DNA of 64,000 nt, taken from assembly GCA_951406725.2 (NCBI GenBank), contig OX597822.1, positions 85,870,001-85,934,000 on the forward strand, in the 5' to 3' direction. Shown here piece after piece: positions 52,540-64,000 of the stretch. The position numbers were made by a program, and so were the translations under genes. Origin of the DNA: Octopus vulgaris (Eukaryota). How positions within the stretch are numbered: the stretch's first letter is position 1; each line of letters starts with the position of its first letter. The notes under the pieces were generated by a model. It saw only the letters and a list, made by a program, of their open reading frames with translations, did not search any database and was not told where the DNA came from.

Positions 52540-52742
52540 TCTACTCTAGGCACAAGGCCCAACATTTTTGGAGAGGGGGTACCAGTAGATCGACCCCAGT
52601 ACACAACTGGCACTTAATTTATCTACCACGAAAGGATAAAAGGCAAAGTCGACCTCGGTGGAATTTGAACTCAGAAAGTAAAGACAGACAAAATACCACT
52701 AAGCATTTTGCCTGGCATTCTAAAATTTCTGCCAGCTTGCCT
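52540..52742 (-). mobile_element. SINE family A, antisense, in probable FTCD 3' UTR
   Basis: Reverse complement of family A (GAAAGGATAAAAGGCAAAGTCGACCTCGGTGGAATTTGAACTC), 250 nt after the stop. Candidate AATAAA at 53409-53414. Confidence 0.8.
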
Positions 52743-53056
52743 ATTCTTGAGAACATTACACAATCTCTTTATGCTACAAATCTGTTGAGCCAGCGACAGA
52801 GTCTCTGCATGATCACTTGATCTGTTAAAAATAACAGCCAAATCTCCTTGATCAAAGATCTGCTTCATCAGAGTTGTTTCAAGGCTAAACATCAACCAGA
52901 TATATCTCAGTAAGAAGCAAATAGTCTAACTACAGATTCTCTACTAAATCTCACTGTCTCTTTGGGTCATTCCAACAAGCTTCAGTCATCAAGAATCTTC
53001 CTGCTCCATACACAACTTATCGGCACACATCAGCTAGTTAGTAAGAGCATCACGTG

Positions 53057-53096
<40 letters not shown>

Positions 53097-54456
53097 CTTC
53101 CTTCTTTGGTTCCTTCTTTCTTTCAGCTCCCTGGTCTTCACCAAATGTTCAAAGCTGTTTTCTTCTCATATGATATCCAATGATCTAAGCCTGTTGTTTC
53201 TTCATGTTGTTAAGAAACTTCGTGGTGACCTTTGCTCATTTAACATTCTCTGATCTTTGTCACTCAATCTAAGTCAACTGAAGCATAAAAACAAGAATAT
53301 TTGTTTCGAAGAAATTCTCTGAGAATTTTTACATTTATTGTTCTTTGATATCACCAGAAGCCATCAGAGTTTATCCCACTTTCCAAAGCAAAAATAGTTT
53401 TATAATTGAATAAAATGTAAGTTTATTGCATGGTTTTCTATAAGAGCTTGCCACTGGAAACTAGCAAAACATTTATAAATTGCACTGTATTAACCCAAGC
53501 TACCAATTATTAAACAGTAGTGTGAGCAAGATGAGGTTTTAGTGTGTTGGGTATATATGTAGCATAACATCAACAGCAAGAGATAAACTATTGATATTTT
53601 GGTTGGTTGTTTAACACCTAAGTAACTCATCCAGACACAGATCTCTTCTTTGCAAAGTGACTGGTGGACAAATCAGTAAATCATTTGTTGAATCAAAGCA
53701 AGTTAACTATATGGAAGTTTTAAGGTCTTATCAAATAGGTGGGAGCAATACTTTAGTAACTCATTATGCTTAGTAATTAGACGACGGAGGATTTCTAAGC
53801 CTCTGCCAAGCACAAATTATAGCTACCATGCACTATTTGTACATCCCCACTGTCCTTTGTGTTGTATTGTCCTTTGTTTTTGTGCATGGACCTTGAGGCC
53901 AATAAAGAAAGAATTATCATTTTTTTCTTTTTCTTCTTTCCATTTTGTTTCCATTTCTTGTCGAGTCTCTTTCCCGGCACCTATTTTAATGACTTATCAC
54001 TGTTGACATTGATTGGCCGTGAAAATAAATACACCAGATTGTTCATTTACAAAATCAAATAAAATTATGTAGAAAAAGAAAGAAAAAAAAAACATTTACA
54101 AGGGTGGTAATTGTTTAGGGAAGGTGCATGGCCTAGTGGTTTGGGTATTGTACTCACAATCGCTAGATCATGGGTTCGATTCCCATACCGAGCAGTGTGT
54201 TGTGTTCTTAAGCAAAACACTTTATTTCATGTTGTTCTACAATTATTTCCAATACCTGATATGGGGCACACTTGTGTACCTGTACAGGTAATATCAATAT
54301 GATGGAGGAAGTAATGTACAGCTCATACATTTGATTGCTATAAGTAATTCATTTGTGCAGGTCTTTTAACAAAAACTGAACTCTCATACATCATCTTTGA
54401 TGGGAGAGTCCATCAATGGTTTAGTCCATTGATCGTTTATTATTATTGAGGTAATT

Positions 54457-54668
54457 AGCTGGCAGAATCGTTAGCATGCCAGACAAAATACTTAGAGACT
54501 TTCCATCCATCTTTACATTCTCAGTTCAAATTCCACCAAGGTCGACTTTGCCTTTCATCCTTTTGGGGGTTGATAAAATAAGTACCAGTTATGCACTGGA
54601 GGTCGATGTAATCAACTCATCTCCTCCCCCAGACTTGCTGCCCTTGTTTGCAAAATTTCAAACCATTA
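54457..54668 (+). mobile_element. SINE family A
   Basis: AGCTGGCAGAATCGTTAGC...GTCGACTTTGCCTTTCATCC...AAGTACCAG. Confidence 0.8.
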
Positions 54669-54860
54669 TTACCTCCACCTTAGTGAAGGTGGAGGTATTG
54701 TTTTCAGTCGTGTTTGTTTGCCCATAGGCAGGATATCCCAAGTACCGCTGGATGGATTCGGATGAAACTTTCAAGGATGTTTGGTCTCATGACTGACACA
54801 AACTAATAAGATTTTGGGATCGATCCGGTACCAGACAAGGATTCTGGATTATTTGTTATA
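54668..54860 (+). mobile_element. Helentron-associated non-autonomous element (HINE/DINE-1-like) 5' part
   Basis: Starts ATTACCTCCACCTT-AGTG-AAGGTGGAGGTA (terminal hairpin), then GTTTGTTTG microsatellite and GATGGATTCGGATGAAACTTT core. A partial repeat of the body lies at ~55366-55515. Confidence 0.55.
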
Positions 54861-56850
54861 TTTACTTTACATGATTACGATCTTACGTTCACTTTCAAGC
54901 CTTTCTCAATTATCTCCCTTTAGGCTGTTTCCAAAGTTTTATTTTCATTTCTCTATTATTAATTTTACTCGCCTCTCTATCTTAGTAGAAGCTGATGGAT
55001 AAATAAATCAAACTACATAAATAAACAGCAGCAAAACCGTTCAGAAATTAAATAACACTAACATATTTTTATTATAAATACATATTAACACTTTACAGTA
55101 TATTTACATATATACATACATCTATCTATCGATCTAAAACAACAAGAATACTAAAGGAAGGCAGGAATTTAAGCGAAGAGAAAACCAAAAGGTCTCATGC
55201 TATTCATTTAAAAATTCCTGAGTAGAACTTATTGTTATTACCTCTGCCTTTGAAACTGTTTTGAATGGTGAATTGGTTAACTTTGGCTTGTATTAGATAA
55301 GGATAAACTATTTATTACTGTTACTAAATTTTCTACAGCCATCTTCACATTCCATGACTACCATTGGGATCGATTAGGTACCGGACAAGGATTCTGGATT
55401 ATTTTTCCAGTTTTTTACTTAATTTTTGAGAGCTGTTGGGTTCATTTTTCATATTCTCGTTTGTGAGAGCAGTTGAGTTTATTTCAGATATTCTCATTTT
55501 AAAAATCATCTCCAGTGGTAAAAATTTCGGAACTATCGAAGTGAGATTTGGTTCAGATAAAGAGGCAGCAACAAGAGCAAAGCATCATAAACTACACGGT
55601 GGTGAACAAGACTGGATTTAAACCATGGTGGGGCCCGGGGCACTTGAAATTTGGTGGGCCCCTTATATACAAGAAATGAAATCTTAGAAAATTACCAAAT
55701 TTAAACCTCAAAACCCATCTATTTCATGTAATTGAATTTGATGAATTAGCAGAGAAAGTTTAAACAATGACTGAAAATGTCGCTTTTAGATAGATTTTTC
55801 CAAATTCCAATTTTATTTTCCACACTTTCACCTACAGTATTTGAATTTTCTTTCATTGTGAAAAGTACAAAGAAGTGGGGAAGAAGGGGTAAGATTGTTT
55901 TTTGTTCTTTTAATGAGAGTTACAAATGTTTCAGAATGTGGAATAAGATAACATGACAAAATTACAAAAAAGAAAAAAAAAATCATTTTTGTGGTTGTTG
56001 CTGTTCCACGCATGATGTGTGTGTTTGTGAGTGAAGGGGTGGGTAGAGACACCAACATTTAAAAGACATGGATTCTGTTCCTTTTAAAACGGTTTCCCTT
56101 CATTGTTATGCAATGCGTGAAAAACAAAGTGGAGGGAAATCCTGATAAAGATGGGAAAATTCAAACAGCTATTTTCGAAAGTCTGTTTTTCCAATTTCCA
56201 GTTGGGGTAGGCGGGGCACAGTGAGTAATATTTACAGCATTTTTGACTTTGAAAAATGTTTTTCACAAATGTTTCCTACGTTGCAAAAACTATATCAACA
56301 GTATAGTGGTAACCCCAGTGCTCAACTGGTACTTATTTTATTGAACCCAAAAGGGCTCAAGTCAAAGTCGACCATGGTATAATTTTAACTCAGAATGTAA
56401 AGCCGGAAAAGACGCTGCTGAGCATTTTGTCTAGCATACTAACTATTCTGCCAGGTTGCTGTCATCAAAAAACAATGATAGCAATTCTATCTGTTATAGG
56501 CATAATGACATGGTGCTTATTCTGACATTCAACCAAGCCATCTCGTCCCTTTTCCATACTTATGTGGACAATATAAAAACATAGTTGGCACATGTAAGGA
56601 TATGACTAGTGCAGACTTTATGACAAGAATTCAGTATTTCGTCCATCTTTATGTTAAAATTCTGCCATGGTCAATTTTGCCTTTTATCCTTTTGGGATCG
56701 ATAAGTAACATTTGAATATTTCCTAGAGAAATATGCTGCTTGTTTCATTCTAGGGCACTGCATTGAAGGTTTTAGCCAAATAAATGTCCTCCCACTCCAG
56801 AACAAAACAATACAGGAAGGACAAGTTTTACCTTGGCACAGCACAAGAAG

Positions 56851-58002
56851 GAGCATTGACTTGGCATGGTACAGCACAACGAGAAGAAGCCTTAACACAG
56901 AACAGCACAGCATGAAGGGAAAGACAAGTTTTAGCAAACTGCCTTAATTCAGTATGGCATGGCATGACAGGAAGGAGCCTTAACCCATATCTCTCTCTAT
57001 ATAAACGGCAGTTTGTCTGTGCGTGTTTCTGTGTGTCTGTTTGCTTGTACCCTCACCCTGACCACGGCTTTCAACCGATTCTGATGAAACTTGACACACA
57101 CATAGCCCAATGTCATAATTCAAAACTAACGCAGCGAAAATTTTGAAAAGTTGCCCCAGTTCTGAAAAAAATCGATAAATTCGACATGGGGTCGAGAATG
57201 AGAAACACAAACCGCAAATTGTCTAGGGGACGCAACTCCACCTTTTTTTACTCTCAAAAAAATTTACCATCATTTTTTTCCATTTTTTTGATATTTTTTG
57301 GCTATAACTCTCTAAAAATGCTTTATAGTTATTTCCCTTACAAACCTGAGCAACGCCGGGCGATACTGCTAGTATGTCCATAAAAATATGAAGTCTTTTA
57401 AAATTTAACTGTATATAGATTAAACATTCTGGTAAGCTTTCACAATCTGGAAGAGAAGGATAATATGTAGTTGTTAGCTACAGGTGTCAACTACCTATTG
57501 AACATTTTGTATGCTCAGTCAAATGCTTCCTAGTGAGTTCATGTCCAAACAAGTAGGAGCTGGTTTCCATTGCAAAAACACAGCCAGTTAACACAGCATG
57601 GCACAGCACGACAGGGAGCATTGACTTGGCATGGTACAGCACAACGAGAAGAAGCCTTAACACAGAACAGCACAGCATGAAGGGAAAGACAAGTTTTAGC
57701 AAACTGCCTTAATTCAGTATGGCATGGCATGACAGGAAGGAGCCTTAACCCATATATGTCCATAAAAATATGAAATCTTTTAAAATTTAACTGTATATAG
57801 ATTAAACATTCTGGTAAGCTTTCACAATCTGGAAGAGAAGGATAATATGTAGTTGTTAGCTACAGGTGTCAACTACCTATTGAACATTTTGTATGCTCAG
57901 TCAAATGCTTCCTAGTGAGTTCATGTCCAAACAAGTAGGAGCTGGTTTCCATTGCAAAAACACAGCCAGTTAACACAGCATGGCACAGCACGACAGGGAG
58001 CA
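56851..58002. repeat. 382-bp tandem duplication (copy A interrupted by a Helitron) within a degenerate ~30-bp minisatellite
   Basis: GAGCA.. starts at 56851, 57616 and 57998. I saw only one substitution between the copies (GAAGTC vs GAAATC). Confidence 0.9.
56990..57372 (+). mobile_element. Non-autonomous Helitron (383 bp)
   Basis: 5' TC...3' CTAG, with subterminal GC hairpin CCTGAGCAACGCCGGG ~12 nt before the end. Inserted between A|T with no TSD, shown by the empty site CCCATA|TATGTCC in the adjacent duplicate. Confidence 0.92.
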
Positions 58003-58404
58003 ACATTAACTCAGCATGGCACGAAATGACGGGAAGGAGACTTAACTCAGTATGACAAGTTTTAACAAACTCCCTTCAGTCAGTAGAACAGAATGACGGG
58101 AAGAAACCTTAACTCAGCAGAATGGAACGAGGGGAAGAAACTTTAATTTGGTATCGCACGAACATATGGTAGGATGGAACCAGACAAGTTTTAAATGGGT
58201 ATGGAATGATGAGAAGGTAGTATTTCTACCCATTACTATATATATAGGCATAGTTATTATAATAATTTTCTTTTGAAACACAAAGAAGTGCTCGAGTTGA
58301 ACCTGCAGCGTTAGATAAGTATAATGGATACAATTTAAAAAGTTCAAATCAGTCAAACTACTTTTAACATATTGATATGGAGGTCAGTTGAGAAACAGAG
58401 TGCT

Positions 58405-59832
58405 TGTGGCCTGGTTTTCTGGTTTGGTGCCAGGCAGACGGATAAAGCCTTTGTCCTGTCGGTTTCTGGAGAGATTAATGGGTTTGGAAGAGACCTCTGA
58501 CCCTTTTCCGGTCAGGGAAAGTTTAAGAAACCACCCTTTAAAATGTGACGCGCGGGGTTAGTTTGGCAGTTCTGCCTGAGACAGTGAGATGGCAACAGGG
58601 CAGTTTGGCAGTTCTGCCTGAGACAGCAAAAGGGCCGGAAGAGACAGTCAGCTGGCAAGGGACAGCAGTTGATGCGAAGGTGGTGATGGGAGAGGCAGCG
58701 ACAACGTTGAGAAAGACATACACAGATGATTGAGGAGGTGAGGGAGATTACGGCATGAAGGCATTGGCTATTTGTAGTAGGAGCTCATAACGGTATGTTT
58801 GTTTATGTTTTGATGTGTTAAAGAAGGAAAAAGAATTGTTGAACTAAAAAAAGAATAGTGTTAAAAAAAAGAGAAAGAACATTGTGTTAAGGAAGAAAAG
58901 AAATGAGATTATAAAGAACATTGTGAATTGTGTTGAAGAGAAAAAGAAAGAAAGAACTGAATTGAGGAAAAGAGGAAGGAAAAAAAAGAAAGAGAAGGTC
59001 TTTAATGTAGAACATTGTTTCGAACTATATTGCATCAATTTGAACTGTTTTGACCGAAACAAGTAGAAAGTAAAGGCTTTATTGGTACTAGTATCGTAGA
59101 CTGGTACCGGTTTGTGCACGCGTGCACACTAGCCAGCGCGCGTGCACACTAGCCAGACGTAGGTAGTCGATACACGATCCTACGAGCTGACTGGCGCATG
59201 CGCGATATATTCTTGCATTGCACGTGCGCGATTCACGCATGCGCGTTACTCTCCCCACCGCAATTTTCACTAAGGAAAAATTTTTTTTTTAAATTCAGAT
59301 TTTATGTTCCTTATAGCGGTTTAAAGGACACGATTAAAATATTCAACATACATGGTCGTTGAGTTAGCGCCCCCCCCCCCGCAATTTTCACTAAGGAAAA
59401 ATTTTTTTTTTTAAATTCGGATTTTGTGTTTCTTATAGTGGTTTAAAGGACATGATTAAAATATTCAACATACATGGTCGTTGAGTTAGCGCCCCCCCGC
59501 CCCGCAATTTTCACTAAGGAAAATTTTTTTTTTTAAATTCGGATTTTTTGCGTGGAATCAAGTACTTTGACCTCCTTACCCTAATATGCTACAAATCCCA
59601 TATTTTGGTTCGGAAAAGGGGGTGGCGAATTGGATTTTTTGTTTTTTTTTCATTGAATGAATTACGGTTCGAAAAATGGAGTGGGGTGATATAGAAAGAC
59701 TGTATAATTGTGTATTTGTGTCTGTGCAACAATTTCAATGATTTATATGAATAAACAGAAAGTACAGAAATATATGTTGTACATACCTGTTATATATATG
59801 TCCTTCATTTTCTTTTTTAAGACATTTCCGCA
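58405..59832 (+). mobile_element. Probable solo LTR (~816 bp net) interrupted by a Helitron
   Basis: TGTGG...CCGCA ends, 5-bp flanks GTGCT/GGGCT (1 mismatch), AATAAA at ~59750, internal duplication AGTTTGGCAGTTCTGCCTGAGACAG. Confidence 0.5.
59088..59699 (-). mobile_element. Probable non-autonomous Helitron with internal ~122-bp tandem repeat
   Basis: Minus strand begins TCTTTCTATAT and ends CTAG|T, with palindrome ACTGGTACCGGT ~10 nt from the end. Repeat units start at 59258, 59379 and 59502. CpG-rich. The 5' flank is G rather than the canonical A. Confidence 0.6.
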
Positions 59833-62084
59833 GGGCTATGAGTGTAGCAAAATAGTAGTCAATTAGATAAATACCGGTACTATACCCGATTGATTCAGTT
59901 GATTGTACAGACTTCCGTACATTGTATCCCAGTAATAAACCAATATTTCAACTAACAAAAGAGATCAGTGTTTCCCAACCATTTTTTCCGGCGAGCCACT
60001 TTTTAATAACAAAAAATCTGGTACCCATCAACATTTTTTTTCAAATATAGAAACACAATTTTTAATTTAATTACCTGGCCAACGGACACTGACTCATTTA
60101 GTGAGAACCCTGTGCCTGGTGCATACGGCACAGATCCTTGATTTGAGGAGACAATTTTGTTAACTTCAGCCGTAGATCGCCACATGTTCCAATTTCAAGC
60201 CGGTTTCTCTTGACCTCCAGCAAATTGTCAACTGTACTGAATTCACATTAGACCAAATAAGACGAAGGAAAATGAATCAATATTAGAATTACTTATACAA
60301 TTTGCTTCTATAGACAGTTGTTTCCTTATAGAAAAAAAGACATTTGTGGCTGCTTCACCTCTCAAAACTTACAATAAATTTCATTCCAAAACTTCTTTAT
60401 CCAAGCATCAAAAATGGATCTAAAATAGCTGCACAGACAACACATTTGTAAATGTTGTGAATAATTTGTTGGGTTCCCACTTCTGAATCTGTGTTCATGA
60501 TCAATATTTTCTTTAGTTCCAGTTCAAGAAACCAATAATCAAAGACCTCCTCACTGTGGTCGTCTCGTCCATTTTTCTTTTCTTTCTTTTGGAGGTAAAG
60601 TGGATATTAGACTACTTTATTCAATGTGTCTTTCCTGAATTAGACAGCAGTGTGTGCTTTGAGGATATTTGGCTACTATTTTTAGCAGGTTGGTCAACCA
60701 AGTAGAGACTGTCTCATTATCAATTTGTATATCTGTGATGGCGATCATCTGCCAACAGATTATTGACAAAAGCTCAAAATTAGAGGCTTGAAACTAAGCA
60801 AAAGATCTGACTCACTCAGAACAGACAAGACAAAAGATGCCATGAAGTTTTGTCTTTTAAAAAAATGTTTTGGAATATTTTAATTTGTCCTTATTTTTGG
60901 GTTTTTGCACCTTTTATCTGTTTTGTCCAGCTTGAACAGGATAGCTTTAGTTTGATGTAGTGTTTTGACAAGCAGATCATGAAACAAAACTGGAATTTGT
61001 TTTGTACTTGGCTAGAGGAAGAATTAACAGCAAAATATATTTTGTTACATACATTAGCAACATCTAATTAATCAGATCGTTAAGAGAATGTGGAACACTT
61101 TTGACGAATATTGCATAGTGTGAAATGAACAGCCGTTCCTTTAAGTATGTACATTGGTAGAGTTGAGAGTTCTACAAAATACAGAAATGTCCATCAAATA
61201 TCAACACTAACCACTTCTTCATATTCTTTGGTGCTTATTTACTGATGGGCGGATGAAGCTGAGACAAGCATCTCAGATGTTTGTATCTTGAGGCACAACT
61301 GTTTCCAATACCTCAACACTTCACTGAAATACTTCTCTCATGTCACTGATACAATAAAACACACAACAAAAACACTTCTCAATTGTGTGTGTGTGTGCAC
61401 CATGTAGGTTGTAATGAGTGATAGTCTGTTTAACTTTTGTTTCTATAGAAAACCAGACATGGATGATGATGATGATGATGACATTCAATTACAAAGTTAT
61501 GATTTTCATCTGAAATACTTTAGAAAGCTGAACACCTACAAAACATGAATTTCTTAAGAAAATGAAAGGAAGTAAGGAGGGTCACTTTAAGAAGATGAGA
61601 AACATTAGCAAAAGGTGGGGGGTGGATTTGTTAAGAAGCAAAGAGTTTAGAAGTTGGTCATTTAGTCCCTGGTCAGCATTGATTGTGGAGTCCTATAACC
61701 CCACCCCAAGACACGCCAACCAACCATGATCACGCTCTTCCATTCTCAGACACAGCCTATCAAAGATTACATTATCCAATTTGCCTTACTTTTCTCTAAG
61801 ACAGTAAGGTAGGATTTTATGGTGATTTAGCTGCTATTTCTAACAGGCCAGGCATTGAGATTCCCTTGCTCAGCTCATTTAAAGATCAGTTGACAGAAGA
61901 GATAGCTGAAACAGTATCAGGGGATGATAAGGGGTCAGTCAAAGACTACAAAATGCTAATATTAGAAGAGGGTCAGAAAATAACCAATGGTTAGGTTAAG
62001 GGTCAAATAGAGGAAGTAGTTCTCTGATATTTAGTAAATATTTTGATGAAGTGTATTATTATTATTATTATTATTATTTATTAC

Positions 62085-63072
62085 CATGCAAAATGTTTTG
62101 CAGCATTTCATCTGTCATTAGATTCTGAGTTCAAATTCTGCCAAGGTCGGCTTTGCTTTTCATCCTTTCAGGATCGATAAATTAAGTACCAGTGAAATAC
62201 TGGGGTTGATGTATTCGACTAGTCCCCTTCCTCAAAATTTCAGGCCTTGTGCCTTTAGTAAAAAGGATTATTGTTGTTCATAAGGTGGCAAACTGGCAGA
62301 CTGGTTAACATGCCGGGCAAAATGCTCAGAGGCATTTCATTTGCCTTTACATTCTGAGTTCAAATTCGACCCAGGTCAACTGTGTCTTTTGTCTGTTCAG
62401 GGTTGATAAAATAAGAACCAGCTAAGTACTGAGGTTGATATACTTGACAATGTGCTCCCCCAAAATTTCAGGTCCGAGTGAAATCATAGTCATGGCTGAT
62501 GCCAGCGCCATCTGACTGGTACCCATGCCAGTAGCATGTAAAAAGCACTGTTCATGCGTTGGGCCTCATGGAGGCAAAGGCATCAAGCCAAGTGGGACCA
62601 TAGTCATGGCTGATACCAGTGTCATGTAACTGGCCCGTTAAAAGGACCCTTCAATTCTTGGGTGATATGCTGTGTTTGTGAAGACCTGTAGAACTGAGTG
62701 AAATCACAGTTGTGGCCCAATGTCAGTGCCATCTGACTGCCACCTGTGCCAGTGGCTTGTAAAAAGCACCATTCGAGCACTGGGCCTCATGGAGGCACTG
62801 ACGGGTGACCAAGACTCTAGGCAATATACTGTGCTTGTGTTGACCTGTCAAGCCAAGTGGGACCGTAGTTATGGCCGATGCCAGTGTCAGGTCAATGGTG
62901 CCCATTACGTTCTTGGAGTGGTTGGCTTTAAGAAGAGCATCCAGCCGTAGAAACCTTGCCGAATCAGACTGGAACCTGGTGCAGACCCCCCACCCCCCCG
63001 CCTTACCACTTTTCAGTCAAACTGTCCAACCCATACCAGGTATGGAAAGCAGACGTAAAATTATGATGATGT
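62085..63072 (+). mobile_element. Cluster of SINEs: two family A copies followed by an internally repetitive family B copy
   Basis: Family A cores at ~62085-62270 and 62283-62470. Family B at 62480-63072 with repeated CATAGTCATGGCTGATGCCAG modules and (GAT)n tail. Confidence 0.75.
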
Positions 63073-63670
63073 ACATCTAGTAGAAAGGATTAATATTATT
63101 ATTCATCTCCCTTAAGAGTTAACAATGTTGGTAACAATTTAAATCTTGACAGGTTAGTAACAGTAATATACTTGGGTCTGTTCAATCAATTATTATACCT
63201 TTCCCCAACAATCATTGTCAGTTGCCACAGCAGCAACTACCATAATATTTTGGTAAATTCTTCAGGAGCTGATTCTCCGTTCCAGGATCAAATCCCAGTT
63301 GCAATTGGATTTACTTCCCCCACTAAGGCCATGGAAAAAGGATGAAAGCCATTACTTCCCTTTAGATACTATCACTACCCACATAATTTCTTAGGCATAA
63401 GGCTAATTGATGAGGAGGGATTAATCAATTAAATTGATCCCAGTTCTTGATTAATGCACTTTGACCCCAGAAGGATAAAAGGTAAAGCTGACCTCAGCAT
63501 GATTTGAAACTAGAACATAGGCACAGGCAAGGCTGTGTGTTAAGAAGTTTGCTTCCCAGCCACATGGTTTTGTTGTTCAGTTGGTCAAGTGTCTTTTACT
63601 ATAAGCCTTGGGCTGACCAAAGCTTTGTGAGTGGATTTGGTAGACGGAAACTGAAAGAAGCCTGTCATAC

Positions 63671-63712
<42 letters not shown>

Positions 63713-64000
63713 AAACAAGTCAAAATAAGAAAATGCTGAAAACAATTTTATCCGTGAACATTTCAGTACCTCGTCTGGCACCTTTCGGTTATTTTGCCAG
63801 CCTTTCTGGCAACTTGTAACGGCGGCACATAAAAAATCCGAATTTAGAAAGCCTCGTCTAGCACCTGTGTCGAAAAAATTTTTCTCGGAGTGGTTGGCGT
63901 TAAGGGCATCCATTTCTGTAGAAACACTGCCACATCTGACTGGCCTGGTGCAGCCTTCGGGCTTCCCAGACCCCAGTTGAACCGTCCAACCCATGCTAGC

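Overview
AT-rich, repeat-dense eukaryotic (animal) genomic DNA. The SINE families and (TA)n/(CA)n load suggest a coleoid cephalopod such as Octopus; this is inference. The only intact protein-coding gene is FTCD (formimidoyltransferase-cyclodeaminase) on the + strand: 14 coding exons from 30970 to 52287, all GT-AG and in phase, giving a 1620-nt CDS (539 aa + stop). A CpG-enriched segment at ~2.4-2.85 kb has divergent splice donors and may be a bidirectional promoter holding FTCD's non-coding first exon. The rest is mobile DNA: decayed mariner, pogo, Tc1, Merlin and hAT transposons, RTE and Penelope-like retroelement remnants, four or more SINE families, two non-autonomous Helitrons, a Helentron-like element and a probable solo LTR. 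The most unusual signal is about ten type I hammerhead-ribozyme motifs, many sitting next to (TA)n tracts. One looks intact (21229-21315). Others form palindromic double-hammerhead cassettes (37329-37511, 1017-1151) or lie in a tRNA-headed element with a target-site duplication (6455-6712). Exon, TIR, TSD and ribozyme coordinates were counted by hand; boundaries of degenerate repeats are approximate.
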